Shown one piece after another: positions 32,282 to 40,418 of a stretch of 64,000 nucleotides of DNA (position 1 is the stretch's first letter; the number at the start of each line of letters is the position of its first letter). Below the pieces are notes generated by a model. The model ran no database searches. It saw nothing but the letters and a program-made list of their open reading frames with translations, and was not told where the DNA came from. The position numbers and the translations under genes are program-made. The DNA comes from an uncultured Gammaproteobacteria bacterium (GTDB taxonomy: Bacteria > Patescibacteriota > Patescibacteriia > S139-126): NCBI GenBank assembly GCA_964620905.1, contig CAZUKA010000001.1:583646-647645 (forward strand), given 5' to 3'.

Positions 32282-32505
32282 ATATTTAAAGTAAAAATTA
32301 GCAATAACTTATCAATTTTATAATTTTTGAATTTTTAATTTTATAAATAAATCTTAATTTTTAAAAATTTAAACTTAAAAATTATTTATCACCGCTAATA
32401 TTTTTTTAATCGGCCATTTGCTTTGTGAAGTGCAAATATTGCCAATAAGCGAGCGGAAGATCGAATTATTTTAAAAATTACAAAATTAAAAAATTAAAAA
32501 TTATA

Positions 32506-32922
32506 TTAATATACCCAAAAACCCTCTCCTGTCTCCAACCATTCAATCACTGCTTGTTTCATTTTTTCCGGATACACAGTTTTATTTTTCAACTCTTCTT
32601 TACTAAACAGAAAAAATCTCATGTGAGCTTCTTTGTTTTCAGTAGTAATCTCACTAAGTTCCACGGCAAAGGCAATATTTATTTCCTGTCTTTTTTTATT
32701 ATCTTCCACAAACTGATGTTCACTACCACCGATAAATTGACTACTCTTTACCCTTACTCCCAACTCTTCTTGAAATTCGCGGTCCAAAGCTTGCACACAG
32801 GTTTCGCCAACCTCCACGTGTCCTCCAGGAAAATAAAAATAATCTCGACCAACATTTTGTCCAATTAAAATTCTCCCCGCACTATCTTGTACAATCCCTC
32901 TAGCTAATATTTCAATATTCAT
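32506..32922 (-). CDS. NUDIX hydrolase
   Basis: PGGHVEVGETCVQALDREFQEELG Nudix box. Confidence 0.9.
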   Translation of the reverse strand: MNIEILARGIVQDSAGRILIGQNVGRDYFYFPGGHVEVGETCVQALDREFQEELGVRVKSSQFIGGSEHQFVEDNKKRQEINIAFAVELSEITTENKEAHMRFFLFSKEELKNKTVYPEKMKQAVIEWLETGEGFWVY

Positions 32923-33029
32923 AAAATTTTTATTGTATTTATAAATATAGCAACAAAAAACTGTCAAATAAGATCACTCTAAATTAAGATGGGGTATTCA
33001 AATATATTTCTGCTACGAAACTCAATAAA

Positions 33030-33290
33030 CTAAATATTTTTAAGAATCTTTAATGTCTCTACTACCGATTTATTATCACTAGGCAAATAACGTACTTTTC
33101 CTTTATATAAGTATTCTAATTCAGTCAAAAATTCATCTGCCCATGAAGGTGACAGAGATATAATTCCGTCAAAATCAATCTCTACTACATCAGCTTTTTG
33201 ATCAAGGGTGGGACGAATGGCTAAAAACGCCTCTTTACCCGCGGGACGTGAGGTTAAAACTTTTCCAAATTTTTCAAGTTTGATAATCAT
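33030..33290 (-). CDS. STAS-like domain protein (DUF4325-like)
   Basis: LTSRPAG, IDFDGI.SLSPSWADE. Confidence 0.8.
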   Translation of the reverse strand: MIIKLEKFGKVLTSRPAGKEAFLAIRPTLDQKADVVEIDFDGIISLSPSWADEFLTELEYLYKGKVRYLPSDNKSVVETLKILKNI

Positions 33291-33294
33291 AATA

Positions 33295-34029
33295 TTAGTA
33301 ATTTATTTTTGAGATCACCCCTCTGATATTTCTATCTGCTATAGTTACCTTAAATGGCGCTGCGCGTTCAATCTCGGTCACAGCAATGCCGGATTGCAAA
33401 AAAATTTTAATTGAATGTTCTAGTGCCACTCCACGTACAAATTTAAGTCCATTACCTCTTTGTTCGGGCCATCGCCCAGATATTTTTTCCATAAATGCCA
33501 ATTTCAATGCCGTCATATCATTGTTAGCATCTGCTCGCACTTTGTTGATGGTTGCCCGAATACCTACTCCCCGATCAGCTAAAACCATAATCCTTTTATT
33601 AAGATCATGAGCAAAGAATATTCCCGGTACATCCGGCCAATTGCCGATATTGTGATCAAAAGAATTGTTACCTATCTCTCCAGCAACAGCAATAATCAGT
33701 GAAGCCAAGTCTTTGGTGGAATTTTCTTTATCAAGTAAAATGGCCATTTTATCCAAACGTACTTTAAATACGTCACGAGTTTCACAATAGTAATCAGGCG
33801 AAATATCAGGGACTTGTGCACTCCCGGCCCAAACTTTAGCGAGGGAGAATAAATCTTGGGAAAACAATTCAATCTGCTCGCGATGATAATAACGATGTCC
33901 ACCAGCACTGCGATAAGCTTTCAATTTACCACTAGCATCCCACAATCGCAGTGTATTTATAGACACACCTAAAAAATCAGCAACTTCGCTAATACTCAAT
34001 AAATCTTTATTTTTTCTTATTTCTACCAT
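33295..34029 (-). CDS. MerR/excisionase-type HTH fused to GHKL (anti-sigma kinase-like) ATPase
   Basis: SISEVADFLGVSINTLRLWD..GGHRYY; EIGNNSFDHN, ADRGVGI, RGNGL. Confidence 0.82.
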   Translation of the reverse strand: MVEIRKNKDLLSISEVADFLGVSINTLRLWDASGKLKAYRSAGGHRYYHREQIELFSQDLFSLAKVWAGSAQVPDISPDYYCETRDVFKVRLDKMAILLDKENSTKDLASLIIAVAGEIGNNSFDHNIGNWPDVPGIFFAHDLNKRIMVLADRGVGIRATINKVRADANNDMTALKLAFMEKISGRWPEQRGNGLKFVRGVALEHSIKIFLQSGIAVTEIERAAPFKVTIADRNIRGVISKINY

Positions 34030-34037
34030 ATGTAGTT

Positions 34038-34076
34038 ATTCTACAAAATCTACTAATTATTGTCAATATCTACTAA
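34038..34076 (-). promoter_or_regulatory. sigma70 promoter with direct-repeat operator
   Basis: TTGACA-17-TAGAAT 8 nt before the ATG; TTAGTAGAT at 34048-34056 and 34068-34076 flanks the -35. Confidence 0.7.
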
Positions 34077-34249
34077 AATTTATATTAAAACTACCAAAAA
34101 ATCAATAAATGTTTTTAAAATTACTTTGATTCTAGTTTTTGATATTTATAATTTAATATTTAAATATTGATTTATAATTTAAAATTTAAAATTTATAATT
34201 AACTAGTGGTTTCTTGCCAATTTCTGATCTTTGTACTAATATATATTTG

Positions 34250-34452
34250 CCTAGATGGCAATGATTCATATTTCGACTCCTTCATGCCGTGGGGTTTTTT
34301 CACCACTATAATGATGCCCTCATTGTCCCTCTAAAACCCTGCGGCAGCTAATTTTGCTCTTTTGAAAATCAAATCCTGCATTTGCAGGAACGCATAAATA
34401 ACCCCAGGAACCATAACTAAATAAAAAAAGCGATTTAAAAAATCGCTTTTAT
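34250..34452 (+). ncRNA. candidate structured small RNA C
   Basis: TTGCCA-type promoter at about 34214, long hairpin 34252-34333, boxA-like GCTCTTTTGAAA, terminator AAAAGCGATTTAAAAAATCGCTTTT. Confidence 0.4.
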
Positions 34453-34539
34453 TTTTTATTCATCTATTCGCCTATTTCCACCAGAGGTGGACACGCCTGC
34501 CTACCGCAGGTAGGAATTAGAGAATGGGTAATAATTGAT

Positions 34540-34923
34540 TTAGTTATTAACTGCACGGACAATCATTTCCAACCAATACTGGTTTTGTCCGGTTAGTTTA
34601 TCAACTGGCTGCCAAACAGCAGTAGGATTATTTACTTCCAATTTATGATCCAATTGATAAGCATAAACAATATAAACGCGCTGCACTTTATCCTGCGGAT
34701 GCAAATAGTCATACACTCTGATTAATCTTGGTTCTGTCGCAAATTCAACCTTCACCCCCAACTCTTCTTGCAATTCCCGCTTTAAACATGCAAATATACT
34801 TTCGCCATATTTCATCCGACCACCGGGCAAATCCCAACCATCATTTTCTTTTAGCAACAATACTTCATTATTATAATGAAGTATTAATTTAATTGATGGA
34901 ATAATTTTATTTTCTTTTATCAT
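34540..34923 (-). CDS. NUDIX hydrolase
   Basis: WDLPGGRMKYGESIFACLKRELQEELG. Confidence 0.88.
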   Translation of the reverse strand: MIKENKIIPSIKLILHYNNEVLLLKENDGWDLPGGRMKYGESIFACLKRELQEELGVKVEFATEPRLIRVYDYLHPQDKVQRVYIVYAYQLDHKLEVNNPTAVWQPVDKLTGQNQYWLEMIVRAVNN

Positions 34924-35028
34924 CTAAATAATTATACTTTTTTATATCATTATATGCTAATTTTAGATAAAATATAAACTTTTCCACTTGATTTTTTATC
35001 AATAAAATATTAAAATTAATTTACAAAA

Positions 35029-35121
35029 ACCTGTATTCTGAACTGTCACCGGATGGTGGCGTGGCTGGGACATCCAGTCTAGGAACGTGGTTGGATCTAA
35101 CCCCTTTGGGGTTATTTTTTG
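35029..35121. ncRNA. candidate DUF3800-associated structured RNA
   Basis: GC-rich patch in AT-rich DNA abutting the DUF3800 stop; stems ACCGGATG/CATCCAGT and TAACCCC/GGGGTTA. Confidence 0.5.
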
Positions 35122-35745
35122 TTATTTAAAATTCCATTCATCTTCTATATGCTTTTTAAAAATATTTTTGTAAATAATATTGTCAGTTTTACTAATACTA
35201 TAAGATCTTTTCACGGAACCAGCTATCATATCTGCCATTTGAATTAATACATTAGATTTTGAATTTATAAATTTACAATTTTTCATTACATTTTTTTGTT
35301 TAGAATTTAATTCTTTTCTTAAATAAGTAATAAAATTTTTTCTAAAATTTCTATTACCACCACCATCTATTCTAATTTTTGCATCTATTAATGATGGGCT
35401 ATGTTTTAATAACATCTTAACTGTGTATGCATAAAAAGAATTTTTATTATTTCTCAATTCTTGACTTATAATTGATTCTTTTTCTATAACTAAACATCTT
35501 ACTTTAAAACTAAATTCATTAATTGTTTCTAAAAATTTCAATTTTATTTCTTTTCTTGATTTATTGAACTTAAATTCAACGTGTTCACCAAATCCTAATT
35601 CTCTTCTTAACTCTTTAATAGCAACTGCGGTTTTTTCAGCTTCTAAATTATCTTCAAATATAATTGCTGCAATTACAAAATGCTCACTTGAACCTTCTTT
35701 AAATTTAAAACCTGGATCTCCTGAATCGTCAATAAAAACTATCAT
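35122..35745 (-). CDS. DUF3800 family protein (RNase H-like)
   Basis: MIVFIDDSGDPG N-terminal motif and LIQMADMIAG C-terminal motif. Confidence 0.88.
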   Translation of the reverse strand: MIVFIDDSGDPGFKFKEGSSEHFVIAAIIFEDNLEAEKTAVAIKELRRELGFGEHVEFKFNKSRKEIKLKFLETINEFSFKVRCLVIEKESIISQELRNNKNSFYAYTVKMLLKHSPSLIDAKIRIDGGGNRNFRKNFITYLRKELNSKQKNVMKNCKFINSKSNVLIQMADMIAGSVKRSYSISKTDNIIYKNIFKKHIEDEWNFK

Positions 35746-35746
35746 A

Positions 35747-36514
35747 CTATTTTAGTATTAATTTTTGATAAACCTCACTACAAAGTTCTTTACTAAACTT
35801 ATTATCTTTATAACAGTCAGTTAAAAATTTATCCAATGACTTTAAACCATTAATCAAATATATTCCCGTGCCGCTGTCATTTATATATATAGAATTTTCT
35901 TTAATAAAAACTATGCCTAATTTTGGTTTAATAGAAAAATATCCAAGTTTATCCAAATACTTAATAAACAAATCCGAGTATTCTTGCATTTTAAACCTAG
36001 GATCTTTTTCCTGGGGTAATAATTTCCACTCTTCCTTATGACCAGTAAAAACAAAACATTTATCATTAGTAAAAACAAAATCATGACTATAATTTTTTAC
36101 TTCAAGAAGTATCAAACCTTTAGGGCCAATTACTATAAAATCAATATCAAACTGCCTATCCGGCAAGCGATAATTTTTGATAATAAAATATTCATTATTA
36201 TCTAAAATCTTGTTCAATTCATCAAAAACTAAACTCTCGCCTTGTTTGCCTTTTTTCGCTATATCTATCTCTTTTACAATTTTGTCATCAACCTTACCAA
36301 TAAAATAATAAATTTTTTTATATAATGGATAAAAACCAAAGCCCATCATAAATACAGTCAAAGCCACTATTGTTTGTACATCCCAACGACTATTTATAAA
36401 GCCATACCAAACCAAAATAGAGCAAGCTAATAATATAAATAAGCCAAATAACCAGTATTTAGCAATACCAAAATAATATTTTTTTTCAGAATAAGACCAT
36501 TTATCGAAAAACAT
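35747..36514 (-). CDS. 2-TM + NERD (nuclease-related domain) protein
   Basis: GKQGESLV, DIDFIVIGPKGLILLEVKNY, P..KM. Confidence 0.88.
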   Translation of the reverse strand: MFFDKWSYSEKKYYFGIAKYWLFGLFILLACSILVWYGFINSRWDVQTIVALTVFMMGFGFYPLYKKIYYFIGKVDDKIVKEIDIAKKGKQGESLVFDELNKILDNNEYFIIKNYRLPDRQFDIDFIVIGPKGLILLEVKNYSHDFVFTNDKCFVFTGHKEEWKLLPQEKDPRFKMQEYSDLFIKYLDKLGYFSIKPKLGIVFIKENSIYINDSGTGIYLINGLKSLDKFLTDCYKDNKFSKELCSEVYQKLILK

Positions 36515-36577
36515 CAGAGTATTTTTATATATGTTAAATTTTACTCTAATTTATCTTTTTTGCCTATCAAAAACAAT

Positions 36578-36859
36578 TTAACAATCTTTCAAAAAATTCT
36601 TAACCACTTTTAAAGCTTCTTCAGGTGATTTATTAAAAGGAATTAGTAAAACATCTTTTTTCTGGTCATGACTTGTTTCTTTTTGTTTTTGTTTTATAGC
36701 CAATGGTCTTAATTCTACTTCGTATTGATTATCGCAATCTCCTGCCGGCTCTGTTTGTTTTACATCAATACCCAATTTCTGCAAAGCTTTTTTTGATTCT
36801 TTTAAATATTCGTCTGCATTGGATAAATTTTTTTCTTTTTTAAATAATTTTTTAAACAT
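36578..36859 (-). CDS. hypothetical protein, first gene downstream of the SAM-I riboswitch
   Basis: 93 aa ORF starting about 20 nt after the riboswitch terminator. Confidence 0.65.
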   Translation of the reverse strand: MFKKLFKKEKNLSNADEYLKESKKALQKLGIDVKQTEPAGDCDNQYEVELRPLAIKQKQKETSHDQKKDVLLIPFNKSPEEALKVVKNFLKDC

Positions 36860-36880
36860 ATTTTTCTAATAATTAATAAT

Positions 36881-36910
36881 AAAAATTCCTCTTCCCACAA
36901 AGGAAAGAGG
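36881..36910 (-). terminator. riboswitch expression-platform terminator
   Basis: CCTCTTTCC-TTTGT-GGGAAGAGG-AATTTTT; its 5' arm is complementary to the aptamer 3' GGAAAGA. Confidence 0.7.
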
Positions 36911-36963
36911 TAAATAAAAAATCGACCCACCTGCCATCGCTATACTCAGTCATTAGGGGCAGG

Positions 36964-37077
36964 CTTTTATCTTTCCCCAACTTGGGGCTGAATTTGGCAC
37001 CTTATAAAAGCGTCATCTTTTACAGGTTGCCGGGTAGGTCTTAGGGTCAGATCCCTCGCTACCACTCTGGATAAACT
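36964..37077 (-). promoter_or_regulatory. SAM-I (S-box) riboswitch aptamer
   Basis: TTTATCCAGAG-TGGTAGCGAGGGATCTGACCCTAAGACCTACC-CGGCAACC-TGTAAAAG...CTTTTATA-AGGTGCCAAATTCAG-CCCCAAGTTGGGG-AAAGATAAA matches the S-box consensus (P1 TTATC/GATAA, GAGGGA kink-turn, GCAACC/GGTGC P3). Confidence 0.92.
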
Positions 37078-37099
37078 TAGGCTATTCAATTGTGACTAA

Positions 37100-37128
37100 A
37101 TAATACTACTAGCGAAGATTATCGTCAA
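37100..37128 (-). promoter_or_regulatory. sigma70 promoter of the riboswitch leader
   Basis: TTGACG-17-TATTAT. Confidence 0.75.
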
Positions 37129-37157
37129 ATTTTATGTATGTAATTAATTATATAATT

Positions 37158-37874
37158 TTATTTAATTTGAAAATTTAAATATTTATTCCAATGTCTATAA
37201 AGTTCTCTAGTTGCGAAAAGATCTCTTCCATTATATTTAGCAATATCAAAATATTTTTTATCATTAAATAATTTACCAACATCTTCGCCAGTAACCCCTC
37301 CTGATTTAGGACTTTCAATTTCAAATGCTCTACACCAAAGATGTAGACTCCCTTTTTTCCAAACTGCACCATAATAGCTCAGTTGATCCATTAAATCTAT
37401 ATGTATAAAATTATGCTGCTGATATAAATAACGGCCGGACATTATATCTTTACTGGGTCTAATTTCATGTATAGCGGAACGAATATTTATGAATGGGGCA
37501 TCGAAAGATCTACTATTAAAACCAACCAGTTTATCTGCATATGAAACAACTTCCCAAAATTTTTTTAATATTTCTTCTTCTAACATTGCTTCGAATTTTA
37601 TGCCATCAATCTCTTTTGTTATATTTTCAACATCTGGTGACTGATAATAAACAGCCCCACTGTCACTATCTGCATCCAATAATCCAATTGAAACTATCTC
37701 ACCATGTAAAGGGGAAAAACCAAGACGCTTCTTTAATAATTCAACATTATTTTTAAAATCTTCTTCTGATTCTGAATTTTCCTCATACCACTTAGTTAAA
37801 TTATGCTGAGTAGTGGCATCCATTTCTTCAAATTTTTCACCAACTGTCTCTATATCAAAAATTATAGTTTTCAT
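37158..37874 (-). CDS. PolB-like 3'-5' exonuclease (RNase H-like domain)
   Basis: FDIET, GFNSRSFDAPF, HIDL, YNGRD. Confidence 0.87.
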   Translation of the reverse strand: MKTIIFDIETVGEKFEEMDATTQHNLTKWYEENSESEEDFKNNVELLKKRLGFSPLHGEIVSIGLLDADSDSGAVYYQSPDVENITKEIDGIKFEAMLEEEILKKFWEVVSYADKLVGFNSRSFDAPFINIRSAIHEIRPSKDIMSGRYLYQQHNFIHIDLMDQLSYYGAVWKKGSLHLWCRAFEIESPKSGGVTGEDVGKLFNDKKYFDIAKYNGRDLFATRELYRHWNKYLNFQIK

Positions 37875-37883
37875 AAATAATAA

Positions 37884-38339
37884 TTAATTTGATCCATTTT
37901 TTTCTAAGTTATTTAAAAGTTTAATAACCTCATCTTCTATTGATAAGTCTAAATTCTTATCATATATTTTCTGATATAGTAAAGGAAATCCACCATTAGC
38001 ATATTCTTCAATTATTTTTAATACTTCAGTTCCATTAGATAATATATTATAATCATAATTACTTTCCGCTAATACTAAAGATCTTATTAAAACTTTATAA
38101 TCATTTGAAATACTTCTATAAAGCCTTATATCAGTACTTTTATTTGTTTTTTTTCTATTTTTATTTAGAAAACCAAAAACAGCAGCTAAAATAAGAACGT
38201 GGCCTTGTTCCTGACCAGAAAAACAAGTACCAGCATTTTTGTCTATTAAAGGTATTAAATAATCATTTTTGATCTTTAAATCAAGTCTTATGAATTGTGG
38301 ATAATTTTGATCAATTTCGTTTGTCATGATATGGAACAA
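37884..38339 (-). CDS. small DndE-like / Dnd-associated protein
   Basis: LILAAVFG..R, IIEEYANGG..LL; overlaps the end of the ABC ATPase. Confidence 0.6.
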   Translation of the reverse strand: MFHIMTNEIDQNYPQFIRLDLKIKNDYLIPLIDKNAGTCFSGQEQGHVLILAAVFGFLNKNRKKTNKSTDIRLYRSISNDYKVLIRSLVLAESNYDYNILSNGTEVLKIIEEYANGGFPLLYQKIYDKNLDLSIEDEVIKLLNNLEKNGSN

Positions 38340-40239
38340 TTATTGTAGATTGTTGATTAATAGGGTCTTTCTGAAGTTGATATACTCGATTTTTTGGTAC
38401 CCTATCTTTAATATATTCTTTAATCTCATGATCGTCTAAACTAAAAATAAACATCTGTTTATTTGGAGCATAATCATGAAGTATTTCTAAAAGATTTCTT
38501 TTTATATCCCCCCCTAAATTTGAAAGTGGGGCATCAAAAAATATTGGCGTTTCATTAAATCCACTAAGATCAGCTATGGCTCTCATTGTTGCTAAAGCCA
38601 AAACTTTACCTTCTCCTATTGATAATTCATTTTTATTAGTAACTTGGTTTTTCATTTTTACATTTATACCATAAAATTCATTAAATTCTATTAATTCATA
38701 TTCTTGTTCATCCCAAAACAATTCTCTAAAATATTTTTCTGTATTATGAGATAAAATATCTCTAATTCTATTAGTAATATGTTCCCTAATAGTATGTATA
38801 ATTTTTTCAGAAATCTGTAAAAAATCTTTTATTTTAATTGCTTCTAAATTTTTTTCTTTTAGCTTACTATACTTATCAAACTGTTCTTCTATTTTTACTA
38901 GATTATTTAAATCATTATTATTTCTTTCCTTTAATTCTCCGAGTTTAGTCTGATGTTCGCCAATTCTATTTTCTAAATCTGTTAAAGCTATTTCTATATT
39001 AGAAACCTCCTTATTACTTGAATTTCCTAATTTTTCTTTTATTTCTTTCAATTCTCTGTCGATTTCATTTTTTTGTATATAAATTTTTGCTCTTTCAGTA
39101 GTTAATAACTCTAAATCTTTTTTTAGTTTATACAATCCATCTAAAATACTACTGATAATAACTTTATCACTGCCAATAGCGGAACGAACGCTAACTGGTT
39201 CATATTCAGTCATGAGTTTATTTAGTGCTATATAAGAACCATCACTTTTATTTATATCTCTACCACAAATACAAACTCCTTTATTTAATATTTCTTTAAT
39301 ATAAGCTACCTCAATATCTGCGGGTAATTTGTATTCGTGTAAATCATTATACGATTTAATTAATATTTCTTTAAGATATAAAAAAGATGTTTTTTCAGTA
39401 AGTAATTCATTAATTCTTATTTTTATTTTATCGAAATCTTCTTCTTTAATTTTAAATTCGGATTCTAATTTATCCCTTCTTTCAGCTAAATCTTTAATAT
39501 TACTATATGTTTTTTGTTCTTTTTTATATTCATTGAGCTGTTCTTTAAGTTTACTAATCTCAATTTCTTTATCTTTTATTTTTTCATTATTCTTTTCTAT
39601 CTCATTTTTTAATTTATCCATTTTTTCAGTCATTTCTTCAAGCTCAGGAATACCCTTACCTACTTCTTTTCTAAATGTAGAAATTATATTATTAAGGTGT
39701 TCAATTGAACGATCTAAGATTGTTACATCAGATACACTCCAAACACCGTCACGTAATTCTTTTTCAAAGCCGGGCTTATATAAATGTTCTAGATTTTCAC
39801 CTGCAAAAATAAAATATTTTCTTAAATTTTTTGGTAAATACACATTTCTAACGGTTTCTGGATTTGGAACAAGTTTCCAATCATTTTTATCCAACCTGTA
39901 AACATTAAACTTCGAATCTTGGGTTGGTCTCATAGATCTTACAAACCTATATGTATTATTTTCATCAGAAACTTGGATATCTACTTTAATCTCATCAAAT
40001 TCGTTTTCTTTTTCTGCGTCTGTATTTAATATTCCATCACTTAATAAATTTTTTTGCTCAATACTCTGTGTAAAAGGAATCTCTTCATAAAGACACCAAC
40101 AAATAGCATTTAAAAAATTTGATTTACCTAAATAATTTTTACCTATAAAAATAAATATACCAGAACTAGGATCTGGTTTTATTTCTACTTGTCTAAATCT
40201 TTTAAAATTTTGAATATAAATTCTATCAACCTTTATCAT
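38311..40239 (-). CDS. DndD-like / CxC-hook SMC-type ABC ATPase
   Basis: NFKRF, GKNYLGKS, coiled coils around a CICG hook, LSIGE signature, FFDAPLSNL. Confidence 0.85.
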   Translation of the reverse strand: MIKVDRIYIQNFKRFRQVEIKPDPSSGIFIFIGKNYLGKSNFLNAICWCLYEEIPFTQSIEQKNLLSDGILNTDAEKENEFDEIKVDIQVSDENNTYRFVRSMRPTQDSKFNVYRLDKNDWKLVPNPETVRNVYLPKNLRKYFIFAGENLEHLYKPGFEKELRDGVWSVSDVTILDRSIEHLNNIISTFRKEVGKGIPELEEMTEKMDKLKNEIEKNNEKIKDKEIEISKLKEQLNEYKKEQKTYSNIKDLAERRDKLESEFKIKEEDFDKIKIRINELLTEKTSFLYLKEILIKSYNDLHEYKLPADIEVAYIKEILNKGVCICGRDINKSDGSYIALNKLMTEYEPVSVRSAIGSDKVIISSILDGLYKLKKDLELLTTERAKIYIQKNEIDRELKEIKEKLGNSSNKEVSNIEIALTDLENRIGEHQTKLGELKERNNNDLNNLVKIEEQFDKYSKLKEKNLEAIKIKDFLQISEKIIHTIREHITNRIRDILSHNTEKYFRELFWDEQEYELIEFNEFYGINVKMKNQVTNKNELSIGEGKVLALATMRAIADLSGFNETPIFFDAPLSNLGGDIKRNLLEILHDYAPNKQMFIFSLDDHEIKEYIKDRVPKNRVYQLQKDPINQQSTIIVPYHDKRN

Positions 40240-40243
40240 AAAA

Positions 40244-40417
40244 TTAAATTGCAGAATTTAATAACTCTTTTACTTTATTCTCTATAGCACTTTTATATGC
40301 AAATCTATCTAAATCAATATTTTCTTTTTCAAATTCTGTAAGCCATAATAAAAAATTTTGAACCTCTTCTGAAGCATCTACTAAACTATTAATTTCACTT
40401 ATTATATCAGGATTCAT
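40244..40417 (-). CDS. unannotated 57-aa small protein in the ATPase operon
   Basis: MNPDIISEINSLVDASEEVQNFLLWLTEFEKENIDLDRFAYKSAIENKVKELLNSAI; 1 bp after the helicase stop, 4 bp before the ATPase start. Confidence 0.75.
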   Translation of the reverse strand: MNPDIISEINSLVDASEEVQNFLLWLTEFEKENIDLDRFAYKSAIENKVKELLNSAI

Positions 40418-40418
40418 A

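Noticed and set aside
32390-32457. c-di-GMP riboswitch or attC site
   Set aside because: Lacks the GNRA/receptor consensus and RYYYAAC/GTTRRRY ends
34252-34333. Fluoride riboswitch or 6S RNA
   Set aside because: Only superficial GGCAATG...TAATGA similarity, no crcB/eriC downstream, and too short for 6S
39329-39901. Long antisense ORFs (also 47462..48046 and many 60-120 aa ones)
   Set aside because: Shadows of well-supported genes on the opposite strand, with no motifs
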